Assembly (NCBI GenBank): GCA_965215565.1
Contig: CBDCDZ010000004.1
Span: 4,288,001 to 4,352,000 of the forward strand
DNA length: 64,000 nucleotides
Origin: Trueperaceae bacterium
GTDB taxonomy: Bacteria; Deinococcota; Deinococci; Deinococcales; Trueperaceae
Direction of reading: 5' to 3'
The notes under the pieces were generated by a model. It saw nothing but the letters and a program-made list of their open reading frames with translations. It was not told the DNA's origin and ran no database searches. Shown one piece after another: positions 49,423-57,758 of this stretch. The stretch's first letter is position 1; each line of letters opens with the position of its first letter. A program made the position numbers and the translations under genes.

Positions 49423-50388
49423 ATGACCCAGCGAGGCGCGATCACCAAAGCGAGACGTTTAGCGAGCCTACCCGAACTCCTCGAGCGAAAACCGCGCACG
49501 ACCACCGAACTTGCTGAACTTTTTGGCGTTCCGAGGCGTACAGTTCAGCGCGACTTAGAGACGCTGCGTGAGGAAGGCTACGAGATTGACAGCCCTGCGC
49601 GCGGCCTCTACCTCATCCCCTCCAACCCCTCGAGTCTCAACGCCGTCGAAGCGCTCGCCGTCCACGCCGCCACCAGGCTCCTCTACCACCACGCCCCAGC
49701 ACGCAACCCGCACTACCGCTCCGCTTTAGAAAAGCTCGCCTCCTTGCTACCAGAACCGGCGCGAGGCGTCGCGCTGAGCAGCGTAGAGGCGCTGGGTGAG
49801 CGCCCTCCCGACGACAGGGCGCTCGAGCTTGCCGCTCAAGCGTGGTTCGAAGGGCGCGTGCTCGGGTTCGAGTATCTCTCGCCGAGCGGCTCGGGCAAGT
49901 GGCGCGCTAAAGCGCTAGAGATTTATATGATCGAGATCAACCGGGCCAACCTCGCCCCCTACGCCATCGGTTTCGAGCGCAGCTTTCACAAAAGGATACT
50001 CACCTGGAAGCTCTCGCGAATGCGCAACACGCGCCTACTTGGAGACACCTACACCATCCCTCAGAACTTCGATCCGAGGGACTACTTAGAGACCGCTTGG
50101 GGTGTCATCGGCACCAGTGGCGGAGAGACCGTAGCCGTGAAGTTGCGCTTCGCACCCGAGGCCGCTCACCGCTTACGTGAAGGCGGCTACCCGAACATGA
50201 GCATCGAGCGGGAACTAGCCGACGGCGCTTTAGAGGTCTCCATCCAGGCTGGCACGAACGACGAAGGGTTCCCCTTAGAGCTTCTCCCCTGGGTGCAGAG
50301 TTGGGGTCCGCGCGTCGAGGTGCTAGAACCCGCGAACTTGCGCGAACGCTGGTTAGAGGAGGCCCGGCGCGTCGCTGGGGTATACTAG
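49423..50388 (+). CDS. wHTH-WYL-WCX transcriptional regulator (CRISPR-associated)
   Basis: ELAELFGVPRRTVQRDL, WYL core (WKLSRM), WGPRVEVLEPANLR. Confidence 0.88.
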   Translation: MTQRGAITKARRLASLPELLERKPRTTTELAELFGVPRRTVQRDLETLREEGYEIDSPARGLYLIPSNPSSLNAVEALAVHAATRLLYHHAPARNPHYRSALEKLASLLPEPARGVALSSVEALGERPPDDRALELAAQAWFEGRVLGFEYLSPSGSGKWRAKALEIYMIEINRANLAPYAIGFERSFHKRILTWKLSRMRNTRLLGDTYTIPQNFDPRDYLETAWGVIGTSGGETVAVKLRFAPEAAHRLREGGYPNMSIERELADGALEVSIQAGTNDEGFPLELLPWVQSWGPRVEVLEPANLRERWLEEARRVAGVY

Positions 50389-50389
50389 G

Positions 50390-50502
50390 TAGCAGGTATC
50401 ATCTGGTTTGAGACGCTCCCACTTTGAAGAACACGCTCTAGCACGCACGTTCAGAGATGATATCTGCGGCACTTTGTCTCAGTATGTCGTGGAACTGCTG
50501 TA
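50390..50502. repeat. ~110-bp dispersed element, copy E
   Basis: TAGCAGGTATCATCTGGTTTGAGAC..GCACGCAC..AGATGATATCTGC..GTCTCAGTATG..GGAACTGCTGTA. Confidence 0.8.
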
Positions 50503-50510
50503 GATAGCGC

Positions 50511-50587
50511 ATGTTCGTGAGGACGTTGACAACTCATGCTCGAGACTTAGAAGGGGTAAAACGCTAGTTTTGCCGTCTGGGTCTAGT
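50511..50587 (+). promoter_or_regulatory. CRISPR leader of array 1
   Basis: AAAACGCTAGTTTTGCCGTCTGGGTC identical to the sequence before array 2. Confidence 0.75.
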
Positions 50588-51164
50588 CTATTCCCCACGT
50601 GTGTGGGGATGAACCGCGAGCATCGCCAAACGCAAAGAGTACATCAAACTATTCCCCACGTGTGTGGGGATGAACCCACTGGGCAGAGTTGCCCCGTGAG
50701 ACGTTGCAACTATTCCCCACGTGTGTGGGGATGAACCGCTCGACAAGGCGCGTTCACAGTCGTTAAGAGACTATTCCCCACGTGTGTGGGGATGAACCGA
50801 ACTTAGCCGCGTCGGTCTGCTCGTAAGCGTCCTATTCCCCACGTGTGTGGGGATGAACCGTAACGAGCTGAGCGATTTACTATATTGCATTGCTATTCCC
50901 CACGTGTGTGGGGATGAACCGCTGGCTGTTTCACAGCAAACTAGGATACGCGACTATTCCCCACGTGTGTGGGGATGAACCGCGGCGTGCTGCGCCTGGA
51001 CACCTCGAACGTCACTATTCCCCACGTGTGTGGGGATGAACCGAGGTTTACCTCAAGTTAGCGCAGGTTAGCGAACTATTCCCCGCGTGTGTGGGGATGA
51101 ACCGTATCAGTGGACAACGCTCAGCCAATATATTCCCTATCCCCACGTGTGTGGGGATGAACCG
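50588..51164 (+). CRISPR. type I-E CRISPR array 1: 10 repeats, 9 spacers of 32 nt
   Basis: Repeat CTATTCCCCACGTGTGTGGGGATGAACCG at 61-nt period; repeat 2 ends in C, repeat 9 has A>G, repeat 10 lacks one T. Confidence 0.97.
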
Positions 51165-51247
51165 GGTCATTTCCCATATGGAATTGTCACCCTCTGGGGT
51201 ATAGTAAAGAAGTGTAACACGCACGACACTCACCCAAAGGAGCAACT

Positions 51248-51592
51248 ATGTCCGAACCGACCGCCAACACCAACTTCAGTGACACCGAACGTCGCGCCCT
51301 TATCCTCGAGGGCGCGACGGGTGAAATGAGCAAACGACTCGACGACATTCACGCTGATATTAAAGAGCTGCGTGGCAGCGCCCGCGACGACAACCGTGAG
51401 CTACGCGCTGACATCAAGACAAACGCTGAGGCGACCCAGGCGGCTTTACTCAACGTTCAAACCAACATCATTGACGTACAAAAGAGCGTGATTAGCGTGC
51501 AGAACAGCATTAACCTAATGACGTGGCGACTGCTCGGCGGCGTGTTGCTTCTACTCATCGTCAACGGCATCATTGACCGGGTGTTTTCATGA
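51248..51592 (+). CDS. coiled-coil protein with C-terminal TM helix (between CRISPR repeats)
   Basis: AAAGGAG RBS; heptad-like centre; WRLLGGVLLLLIVNGII tail. Confidence 0.75.
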   Translation: MSEPTANTNFSDTERRALILEGATGEMSKRLDDIHADIKELRGSARDDNRELRADIKTNAEATQAALLNVQTNIIDVQKSVISVQNSINLMTWRLLGGVLLLLIVNGIIDRVFS

Positions 51593-51876
51593 ACGCACCT
51601 AACTCTTCCCCCGCGTCTGCGGCTAGCGGGAGCGTCCACGCGACAGAGGTGAACCCCTTACGCATACGCGAAAAGCTCGGCTTGTCGCAGAGTCAATTTG
51701 CTGAACTACTTAGCGTGAGTAAGAAAACCTTGCAGAATTGGGAGCAGGAGGTCCGCGCCCCATCCGGTCCAGCGCTGTCACTTCTTAAACTCGTTGCCGC
51801 CGACCCGAAACACGCCGCGCGAACGTTAGGCTCCGCAGAATCCGGCTTTGCCGGTTCGTTAGGGGTGAAGCGGTGA
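51589..51876 (+). CDS. XRE/HigA-like HTH protein (between CRISPR repeats)
   Basis: IREKLGLSQSQFAELLSVSKKTLQNWEQ..PSGPALSLL; ATGA overlap. Confidence 0.8.
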   Translation: MNAPNSSPASAASGSVHATEVNPLRIREKLGLSQSQFAELLSVSKKTLQNWEQEVRAPSGPALSLLKLVAADPKHAARTLGSAESGFAGSLGVKR

Positions 51877-51956
51877 AAGGGTTGAGGGCATTTTTAGCAG
51901 CGCTTTTGTGTGTTCTTTTGGGCGCGTGCGGTGAGGTGGACATCGACACAGGTTAG
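51873..51956 (+). pseudogene. lipoprotein signal peptide ORF, truncated
   Basis: GTGA overlap; MKGLRAFLAALLCVLLGAC lipobox, stop 9 codons after Cys inside the first arm of the structured element. Confidence 0.5.
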
Positions 51957-52210
51957 AGCATAGGTTAAGGCTGAAAGCCTCAGCATCTGAGATGCTCACC
52001 TGTGTTCAAAGGCTCTTAGCCTTCACCTGTGCAACCCACTACCGAGGAGTACCGGGCGCTGCTCACAGGTGAATGCTGAGAGCGTCCGGCAGTCGCCGTA
52101 ACCTGTGAGCGCCGCCTTATAGACGGCTACACGCTGCACGACGTGTATCAAGTGACGGCGGGTGAGCAGGTGACGGCTAAGAGCCGAGCTGAGCTTTGCT
52201 CTAACCTGTG
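51947..52210. other. 264-bp nested inverted-repeat element with repeated T(A/C)ACCTGTG motifs
   Basis: Perfect 14-bp outer IR 51947-51960/52197-52210, inner 18/20 IRs, about 8 motif copies in both orientations. Confidence 0.7.
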
Positions 52211-52250
52211 CGAGCAAGACCTCATCGAGCCGGATGGCGTCATCGTGGGC

Positions 52251-52279
52251 CTATTCCCCACGTGTGTGGGGATGAACCG
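52251..52279 (+). CRISPR. isolated perfect array-1 repeat
   Basis: CTATTCCCCACGTGTGTGGGGATGAACCG 29/29, 1,086 bp after repeat 10. Confidence 0.95.
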
Positions 52280-52285
52280 GAGAAA

Positions 52286-52495
52286 ATGATGGATGACATG
52301 AAACCGGTAACGAGCATGGCTGACGTTCCCGACTTCTCTACAGATGAGGAAGAGCAAGCGTTCTGGGCGACGCATTACATCGGCGACGATGTGCTCGTCA
52401 CTCCGCGCGAACTGTCTGACCAGCCGCTTCCTCCCCCGCGTCCACGCAGGGTTGAATCCAAGCGTATCTCGCTCACGCTCGAGCCAAGTGAATGA
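52286..52495 (+). pseudogene. CopG/BrnA-like antitoxin, C-terminally truncated
   Basis: VPDFSTDEEEQAFWATH motif; ends at KRISLTLE, the start of the RHH; GGAG RBS formed partly by the repeat end. Confidence 0.6.
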
Positions 52496-52565
52496 AATAT
52501 CAGCAACGCTGCTGACCTCCCATCGCCATTGACCTCATAATCTAAGGGCGGCAGAAGGCAGCTTC

Positions 52566-53153
52566 TCAAATATCCGCTAGAATTTTCTCAGCTAACTGCT
52601 TGGCAACCTTCTCTTTCGCTTCCTCTTCTCGCCGCGCTTTGTCGTACTTCGCTGCTCTGACCTCGAGCTTCTCGCCCAATATGCGGAGGGCGCGTTCAGG
52701 TTTCATAAAGGGATTGAGCACGAAGCTGTACGTCCGCTTCCGCTGCCGGTCAATGGCTAAAATTTGATAATGTTTTGGACTTAGCAGCGCAGCGAGTTCA
52801 AAGCGTCCCATGCGCTCTGCTGCGATAATCTGCGAGTCTTTGAGCTTGTTCTCTAAGTCCCAACGGCTAAGTTCACGGTCACTACCAAATGTCGGACGCA
52901 TTCCGAGGATATTCCACAAAAAGGGGATGCCGAATGATGCTAGGAAAGAGAGTCCAAGAGAGAGCGGTAAAACACCGACTCTCTGCCAAAATTCGCTACC
53001 CCACACGATAAGCGCAGTGCCAAGGACTGCCGTCGCAATAAACGTATACATTGCCCAGACTGGCAAGTAAGCCTCCCCTCTAATAGCAGCGTTGAACCGC
53101 TTGTGCCACGGTGCTTTGTCTATTAGTAGGTCTCTAAACAATGTATCTGACAT
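52566..53153 (-). CDS. hypothetical 2-TM membrane protein divergent from cas3
   Basis: AGGAGG RBS before ATG 53153; two hydrophobic helices, charged C-terminal helix; lower GC. Confidence 0.7.
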   Translation of the reverse strand: MSDTLFRDLLIDKAPWHKRFNAAIRGEAYLPVWAMYTFIATAVLGTALIVWGSEFWQRVGVLPLSLGLSFLASFGIPFLWNILGMRPTFGSDRELSRWDLENKLKDSQIIAAERMGRFELAALLSPKHYQILAIDRQRKRTYSFVLNPFMKPERALRILGEKLEVRAAKYDKARREEEAKEKVAKQLAEKILADI

Positions 53154-53281
53154 GCACGTCCTCCTATTGCAGATGATAACGAAGTGCTGAACCCTTATTA
53201 TCGCATATTGCGCTTGGTGAGTGAGGGGCGCGTCAGCTATTACGAGGCACAGTACGAGCGAGCGATTGCAAGATTTTACTT

Positions 53282-53298
53282 GCGTCACCAATTGACGT
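53282..53298. promoter_or_regulatory. palindromic operator GCGTCA-N5-TGACGT before cas3
   Basis: Matches GCGTCA-N5-TGACGC before cas8e. Confidence 0.6.
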
Positions 53299-53320
53299 TA
53301 GAGCGTGATATATCTGTTTC

Positions 53321-56065
53321 ATGCCTAAGTTGAGCCAACGAGCACAGAGCTTCTGGGCGAAGAGCCCTAAAAAAGGTGAGCCGTTCGAGTCCCACCCCGT
53401 TATCGCTCACCTCTTGGACGTAGCCGCGAGTGCGTCCGAAATTCTGAAACTCGAGCCCGAGAAGATAACTGCTCTGTACGCCGGTGACTTCAAGCTGTGC
53501 GAAAGTGAGGCTGCCCTTTGGGTTTGCGCTCTGGCAGGGTTGCATGACCTTGGCAAAGTGAGCCCAGCGTTTCAGCAACTCTGGACTCCGGGGTTGGAGA
53601 AACTTATTTCGGTTGCTCCCGAGTTTGATTGGCATACTACCGACTCGCTTGCCCCTTCGTCCCCACCAGGCTACGTTTCTCACAGTGTAGTCAGCCAGGT
53701 CATACTGCCTAGCTTGCTGAAAGCAAAAGGCTTTCAGGGTACGTTAGCAAAGGGCGTTGCGGACGCTGTCGGCTGTCACCACGGGTTTCGAGCAGATGGT
53801 CAAGAACTCGGTGAGGCGTGTAAAAAGAAAGAGAAGGGACGCGAGGTCTGGGACGACGCGCGTGAAGAGATATTCAGAGCAGTATTAGAGGTCGTTGGCG
53901 TTACGGATAGCCCCGAGGTGAAAAAACTAAGCGCAGCAGGCTTTATGCGCCTTGCGGGTCTAACGAGCTTTGCAGATTGGATCGGCTCGAGCCTCTATCC
54001 CTCACTAAGCTTCGTCGGGTATGAGAATGACCTGGAAGGTTACTACGAAGAGGCGAAGGTGGCAGCGCGACATAGGTTAGCTGAATTGGGTTGGACAAAG
54101 CGTACGCCTCTACACACGGACGCGCGACTACTGGAGGATACCTTCGCTTATCTCACTCGTGAAGAAGGCAAGCCGTTCTCGCCGCGCACGCTCCAGACAG
54201 AAGTCGAGAAGCTGTTGAGGGAGGTCTCCGCGCCAACCCTTCTACTCATCGAAGCGCCGATGGGCGAAGGTAAAACGGAGGCTGCATTCTACGCGCACCT
54301 GCGCCTGCAAACCGAACTCGGTCACAGAGGGATGTACGTGGCGCTGCCCACGATGGCAACCGGAAACGCGATGTTCAGCCGGACGGCTGAGTTCTTGAAC
54401 GAGCAAGCCGAGGGACGGACGGTTCCGCTCGACTTGCAGCTTTTGCACGGGGCGACGCAGCTCAATAGTGTCTATCAAGCGCTTCAGAGCGAAGTGCGTC
54501 CTAACTTTCCCGATGAAGAGAAGCTCGAGCACGTCCAAGCGAGAGAGTTCTTCACGCACAAGAAGCAAGCCCTTCTTTCGGAGTATGGCGTCGGCACGGT
54601 GGACCAGGCGCTACTGACCATTTTGAACATTCGGCATCAGTTCGTGAGGCTGTGGGGTCTCGGCAACCGCGTCGTCATCATCGACGAGGTTCACGCTTAC
54701 GACACCTACACCTCAGAACTCGTGAATGGACTCGTGCGCTGGCTCCACGCACTCGGCTCGAGCGTCGTTTTACTGAGCGCGACCCTCTCCGAGAAATCTC
54801 GTAACGAGTTGCTCGAGGCTTACGGCGGGGAGGCAAAAGAGACCGAAGGCTATCCGCGCATCTTCAAAGTTGCTGCTGGTGAAACCGAAGTCTTTCCGTT
54901 CGACGCCGAATCTAAGCGTAAGGTCGAGATAGCTGTCCATCACCTCGCCGCAGATTTGGACACCATCGTTCGGCTGTTGGAGGATAAGCTCGCAAAAGGT
55001 GGTTGCGCAGTCTGCATTGTCAACACGGTAAACCGGGCGCAAGAGCTTTATAAGAAGCTCGGGGGGAAAGATACGTACCTCTTTCACGCCCGCTATCCTG
55101 CCGAAGAACGCGCTGAGATTGAGACTCATATCTTAGAGACGTTTGGCAAAGCAGCAACGAGGGAGAACGGCAAGCGCCCGCACCGCGCTATCCTTATCGC
55201 CACCCAAGTCGTAGAGCAGTCGCTCGACCTCGACTTCGACCTCATGGTCACAGACTTAGCACCAGTGGACCTCATTATCCAACGGGCAGGGCGCATGTGG
55301 CGGCACGAGCGCCCGTCGTCAGAGCGCCCTATCTCTGAGCCACAGCTCTTCATCGCGGGCATGGAGCATGAGGGAGAGCTGCCGGAGTTGTCACGCTATT
55401 TTTGGGACAGGGTCTATCAGCCTTTTATCCTCTACAAAACCTGGGACGTGCTGCAAGGTAAAACTCAGCTCACGCTGCCCACTGATATTGACGACCTTGT
55501 GCAGCGCGTTTATGACGGTGATAGTGAACCGCTCCAAGCGAGGCTTTCAGAAGAGGCGTTTGAGCAAGCTGAAGAAAATCAGCGCAAGTTCGTGGAGGAG
55601 CGAAAGGCTGATAAAAGCCTCGCACGTGAAGCAATCATCAGTCAGGTGAGGAAGAACGGTGAGCTTGCGCTACGCGACCCGACCAGAGTTAGAGAAGAAG
55701 AGGACAAACCGAATGGACTGCCAGCCGTTTTTACGCGCAAAGGGCAACCCTCAGTGCTCGCCGTTCCCCTCTTTGAGCGCGGCGGTGAATACTTCTTGGA
55801 TGCCGAAGCAAAAAAGCCCTATGACGCTAAAAAGCCGCTCGAGACCTATAAACGCTCCGTCCGCCTGAGCAGGCGCGGGTTTCCTCAAGCACTTGAGAAG
55901 CACAATGCGGCGCAGGGATTTGAAGAGACTTTTAAGCACTGGGAGAAGAACCCGCTTTTGCAAAACTGCGTTCCACTTGTGCTAGATACGGATGGAAGCG
56001 TTGTCGTGGGTCAAACGAGAGTAAGACTGGATAGCGTTTTAGGCGTGGTGTATGAAAGCGCCTAA
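53321..56065 (+). CDS. cas3: Cas3 HD nuclease-helicase
   Basis: HLLDVA, LHDLGKVSP, HHG, ADWIGS, APMGEGKTEA, IDEVHAY, SAT, QRAGR..RH. Confidence 0.96.
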   Translation: MPKLSQRAQSFWAKSPKKGEPFESHPVIAHLLDVAASASEILKLEPEKITALYAGDFKLCESEAALWVCALAGLHDLGKVSPAFQQLWTPGLEKLISVAPEFDWHTTDSLAPSSPPGYVSHSVVSQVILPSLLKAKGFQGTLAKGVADAVGCHHGFRADGQELGEACKKKEKGREVWDDAREEIFRAVLEVVGVTDSPEVKKLSAAGFMRLAGLTSFADWIGSSLYPSLSFVGYENDLEGYYEEAKVAARHRLAELGWTKRTPLHTDARLLEDTFAYLTREEGKPFSPRTLQTEVEKLLREVSAPTLLLIEAPMGEGKTEAAFYAHLRLQTELGHRGMYVALPTMATGNAMFSRTAEFLNEQAEGRTVPLDLQLLHGATQLNSVYQALQSEVRPNFPDEEKLEHVQAREFFTHKKQALLSEYGVGTVDQALLTILNIRHQFVRLWGLGNRVVIIDEVHAYDTYTSELVNGLVRWLHALGSSVVLLSATLSEKSRNELLEAYGGEAKETEGYPRIFKVAAGETEVFPFDAESKRKVEIAVHHLAADLDTIVRLLEDKLAKGGCAVCIVNTVNRAQELYKKLGGKDTYLFHARYPAEERAEIETHILETFGKAATRENGKRPHRAILIATQVVEQSLDLDFDLMVTDLAPVDLIIQRAGRMWRHERPSSERPISEPQLFIAGMEHEGELPELSRYFWDRVYQPFILYKTWDVLQGKTQLTLPTDIDDLVQRVYDGDSEPLQARLSEEAFEQAEENQRKFVEERKADKSLAREAIISQVRKNGELALRDPTRVREEEDKPNGLPAVFTRKGQPSVLAVPLFERGGEYFLDAEAKKPYDAKKPLETYKRSVRLSRRGFPQALEKHNAAQGFEETFKHWEKNPLLQNCVPLVLDTDGSVVVGQTRVRLDSVLGVVYESA

Positions 56066-56087
56066 ATGCTTACTTGTCTATCCTCTG

Positions 56088-56104
56088 GCGTCACTAAATG
56101 ACGC
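56088..56104. promoter_or_regulatory. palindromic operator GCGTCA-N5-TGACGC before cas8e
   Basis: Perfect palindrome in the 58-nt cas3-cas8e gap, followed by CATATT. Confidence 0.6.
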
Positions 56105-56123
56105 TTCACCATATTAAAGTGAG

Positions 56124-57758
56124 TTGAAGGAGGACCAAACATTGGCTACGTTCAACCTCATTACAAAACCTTGTATTCCTGTACGAGTAAATGGAAAACT
56201 CGAGCACTACTCCCTCGAACAAACGCTTTTGGACGCGAAAGACATTGAGCGCATAGAGGACGCCTCTCCTCTCGTTGTAGTCGCGCTGCACCGGCTTCTG
56301 CTCGCCATTCTCTACCGCGCCCTCAACCCTGACAGCACTGAAGAGATTGGGGAGTGGCTCGAGGACGGCTTTCCAGAGGAGGGCATACGCACCTACTTGG
56401 AGAAGTGGAAACCTCACTTCGATTTGTTTGATGCGAAACGCCCTTTTTATCAGGTAGCAGACCTCGAGCAAGCTACCTTCGGCAAGCCGATTGAGCCGAA
56501 AGCCTGGACCGAACTCGCGCCCGAGGTGCGTGACGGCGGTCAGGGGGCGTCGCTCTTCAACCATCTTAACGAAGTTGCAGAGCCGATTCCTGCCGCCACA
56601 GCGTTTCACCAACTGCTCGTCCGTCAGACCTTTGCGCTAGGCGGGCTTAGCAGAACTTTCGTAGATTCGGCGAAGAATGCCCCTTCCCCAAACGCAGTCT
56701 TTCTCATACCACATGGGCAGAATTTACACGAAACACTCTGTTATTGTCTCGACCCTAACAACTACACACACCATGAGGACGACGTGCCATTCTGGGAGCG
56801 CAATACAGCTTATGATGTCGCTTACCTAGAAAGGACAAGAGAAGAGCCGGTTTTAGGCTGTGTTCAAGTGTATACCTGGATGAGCCGCTCAGTGAAGCTC
56901 ATCCCGCTCGAGACGGACGATGGTCCTTATGTTGAGGAAATCTACTTTGCCTCCGGCATCGCGCCGAAGTTCGAAATCGCTCAGTATTTCGACCCGATGG
57001 TTGGAAAGAGAGTTAAGTCCGGTAAAACCGAGAATAGCCTTACCTTTATTCGCTTCGATGGAAATAAGCAATTCTGGCGAGACTTCCAATCGCTATTCGC
57101 TGAACAGCAAACAGGTATAGCACCACGTGTAATTAGCCTATCTGCCCGCCTAGCATCTGAGTTCAACCGTAATGTGAATCTCGGCGTTTACGGCATCAAT
57201 AACAAGCAGGCAAAAGTAAACTTTGCGCGACAAGAAAACCACATTCTTCCCGAGGCTGTTAGCGCTGATAGGACAGAAGATGTTTATGCCACGCTTGCAA
57301 ACTCGCTCACGCAAACGGACAAGCTGGGGTATTCGCTAAGAAAAGCAATCTTTGAAATACATATTCACCTTGACCCCGAGCTTCGGATTAAAGATAAGAA
57401 GAAGCGAGAGGAATTCTGGCGAAAGGTCAACGCTCCACCTCCTCCTAAAGAGAATCCTACGATTACTCGGTTGAGAACGGCAGTGAATACATCCTACGGA
57501 GTTAGTTTTTATTGGTCTACACTGAGCCGTCTCTTTCCAGAGTTATTGGACCAGCTCACCGCTGACTTCAAACCCAAAGAAGTCCAACGTTATTGGGCGC
57601 AGAGACTCCTAGATGCTTCTGACCGCGCCTGGACGCTCGCCCGCGCCGCCGCTGGCGACGACGCCTACGCCCTCCGCGCCATCTACTCTGCCGAAGGCAT
57701 CCTACGCGCCGCGCAGAGCGAGTTTCGCACTCTCACTACATCTCAGGAGGCAGCATGA
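56124..57758 (+). CDS. cas8e: Cascade large subunit Cas8e/Cse1
   Basis: FNLITKPCIPV, ALHRLLLAILYRA, FDLFDAKRPFYQ, YTWMSR, WRDF; position in operon. Confidence 0.9.
   Translation: MKEDQTLATFNLITKPCIPVRVNGKLEHYSLEQTLLDAKDIERIEDASPLVVVALHRLLLAILYRALNPDSTEEIGEWLEDGFPEEGIRTYLEKWKPHFDLFDAKRPFYQVADLEQATFGKPIEPKAWTELAPEVRDGGQGASLFNHLNEVAEPIPAATAFHQLLVRQTFALGGLSRTFVDSAKNAPSPNAVFLIPHGQNLHETLCYCLDPNNYTHHEDDVPFWERNTAYDVAYLERTREEPVLGCVQVYTWMSRSVKLIPLETDDGPYVEEIYFASGIAPKFEIAQYFDPMVGKRVKSGKTENSLTFIRFDGNKQFWRDFQSLFAEQQTGIAPRVISLSARLASEFNRNVNLGVYGINNKQAKVNFARQENHILPEAVSADRTEDVYATLANSLTQTDKLGYSLRKAIFEIHIHLDPELRIKDKKKREEFWRKVNAPPPPKENPTITRLRTAVNTSYGVSFYWSTLSRLFPELLDQLTADFKPKEVQRYWAQRLLDASDRAWTLARAAAGDDAYALRAIYSAEGILRAAQSEFRTLTTSQEAA

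Noticed and set aside
50861..50892. Spacer 5 resembles the cas3 upstream region (~53253 TACGAGCGAGCGATT), suggesting autoregulation
   Set aside because: The match needs two gaps in the seed region and has no AAG-like PAM; likely chance
51873..52250. Lipoprotein frame continuing through stops as evidence of genetic-code reassignment
   Set aside because: All three stop types occur (TAG, TAA, TGA), which fits decay or non-coding structure, not recoding
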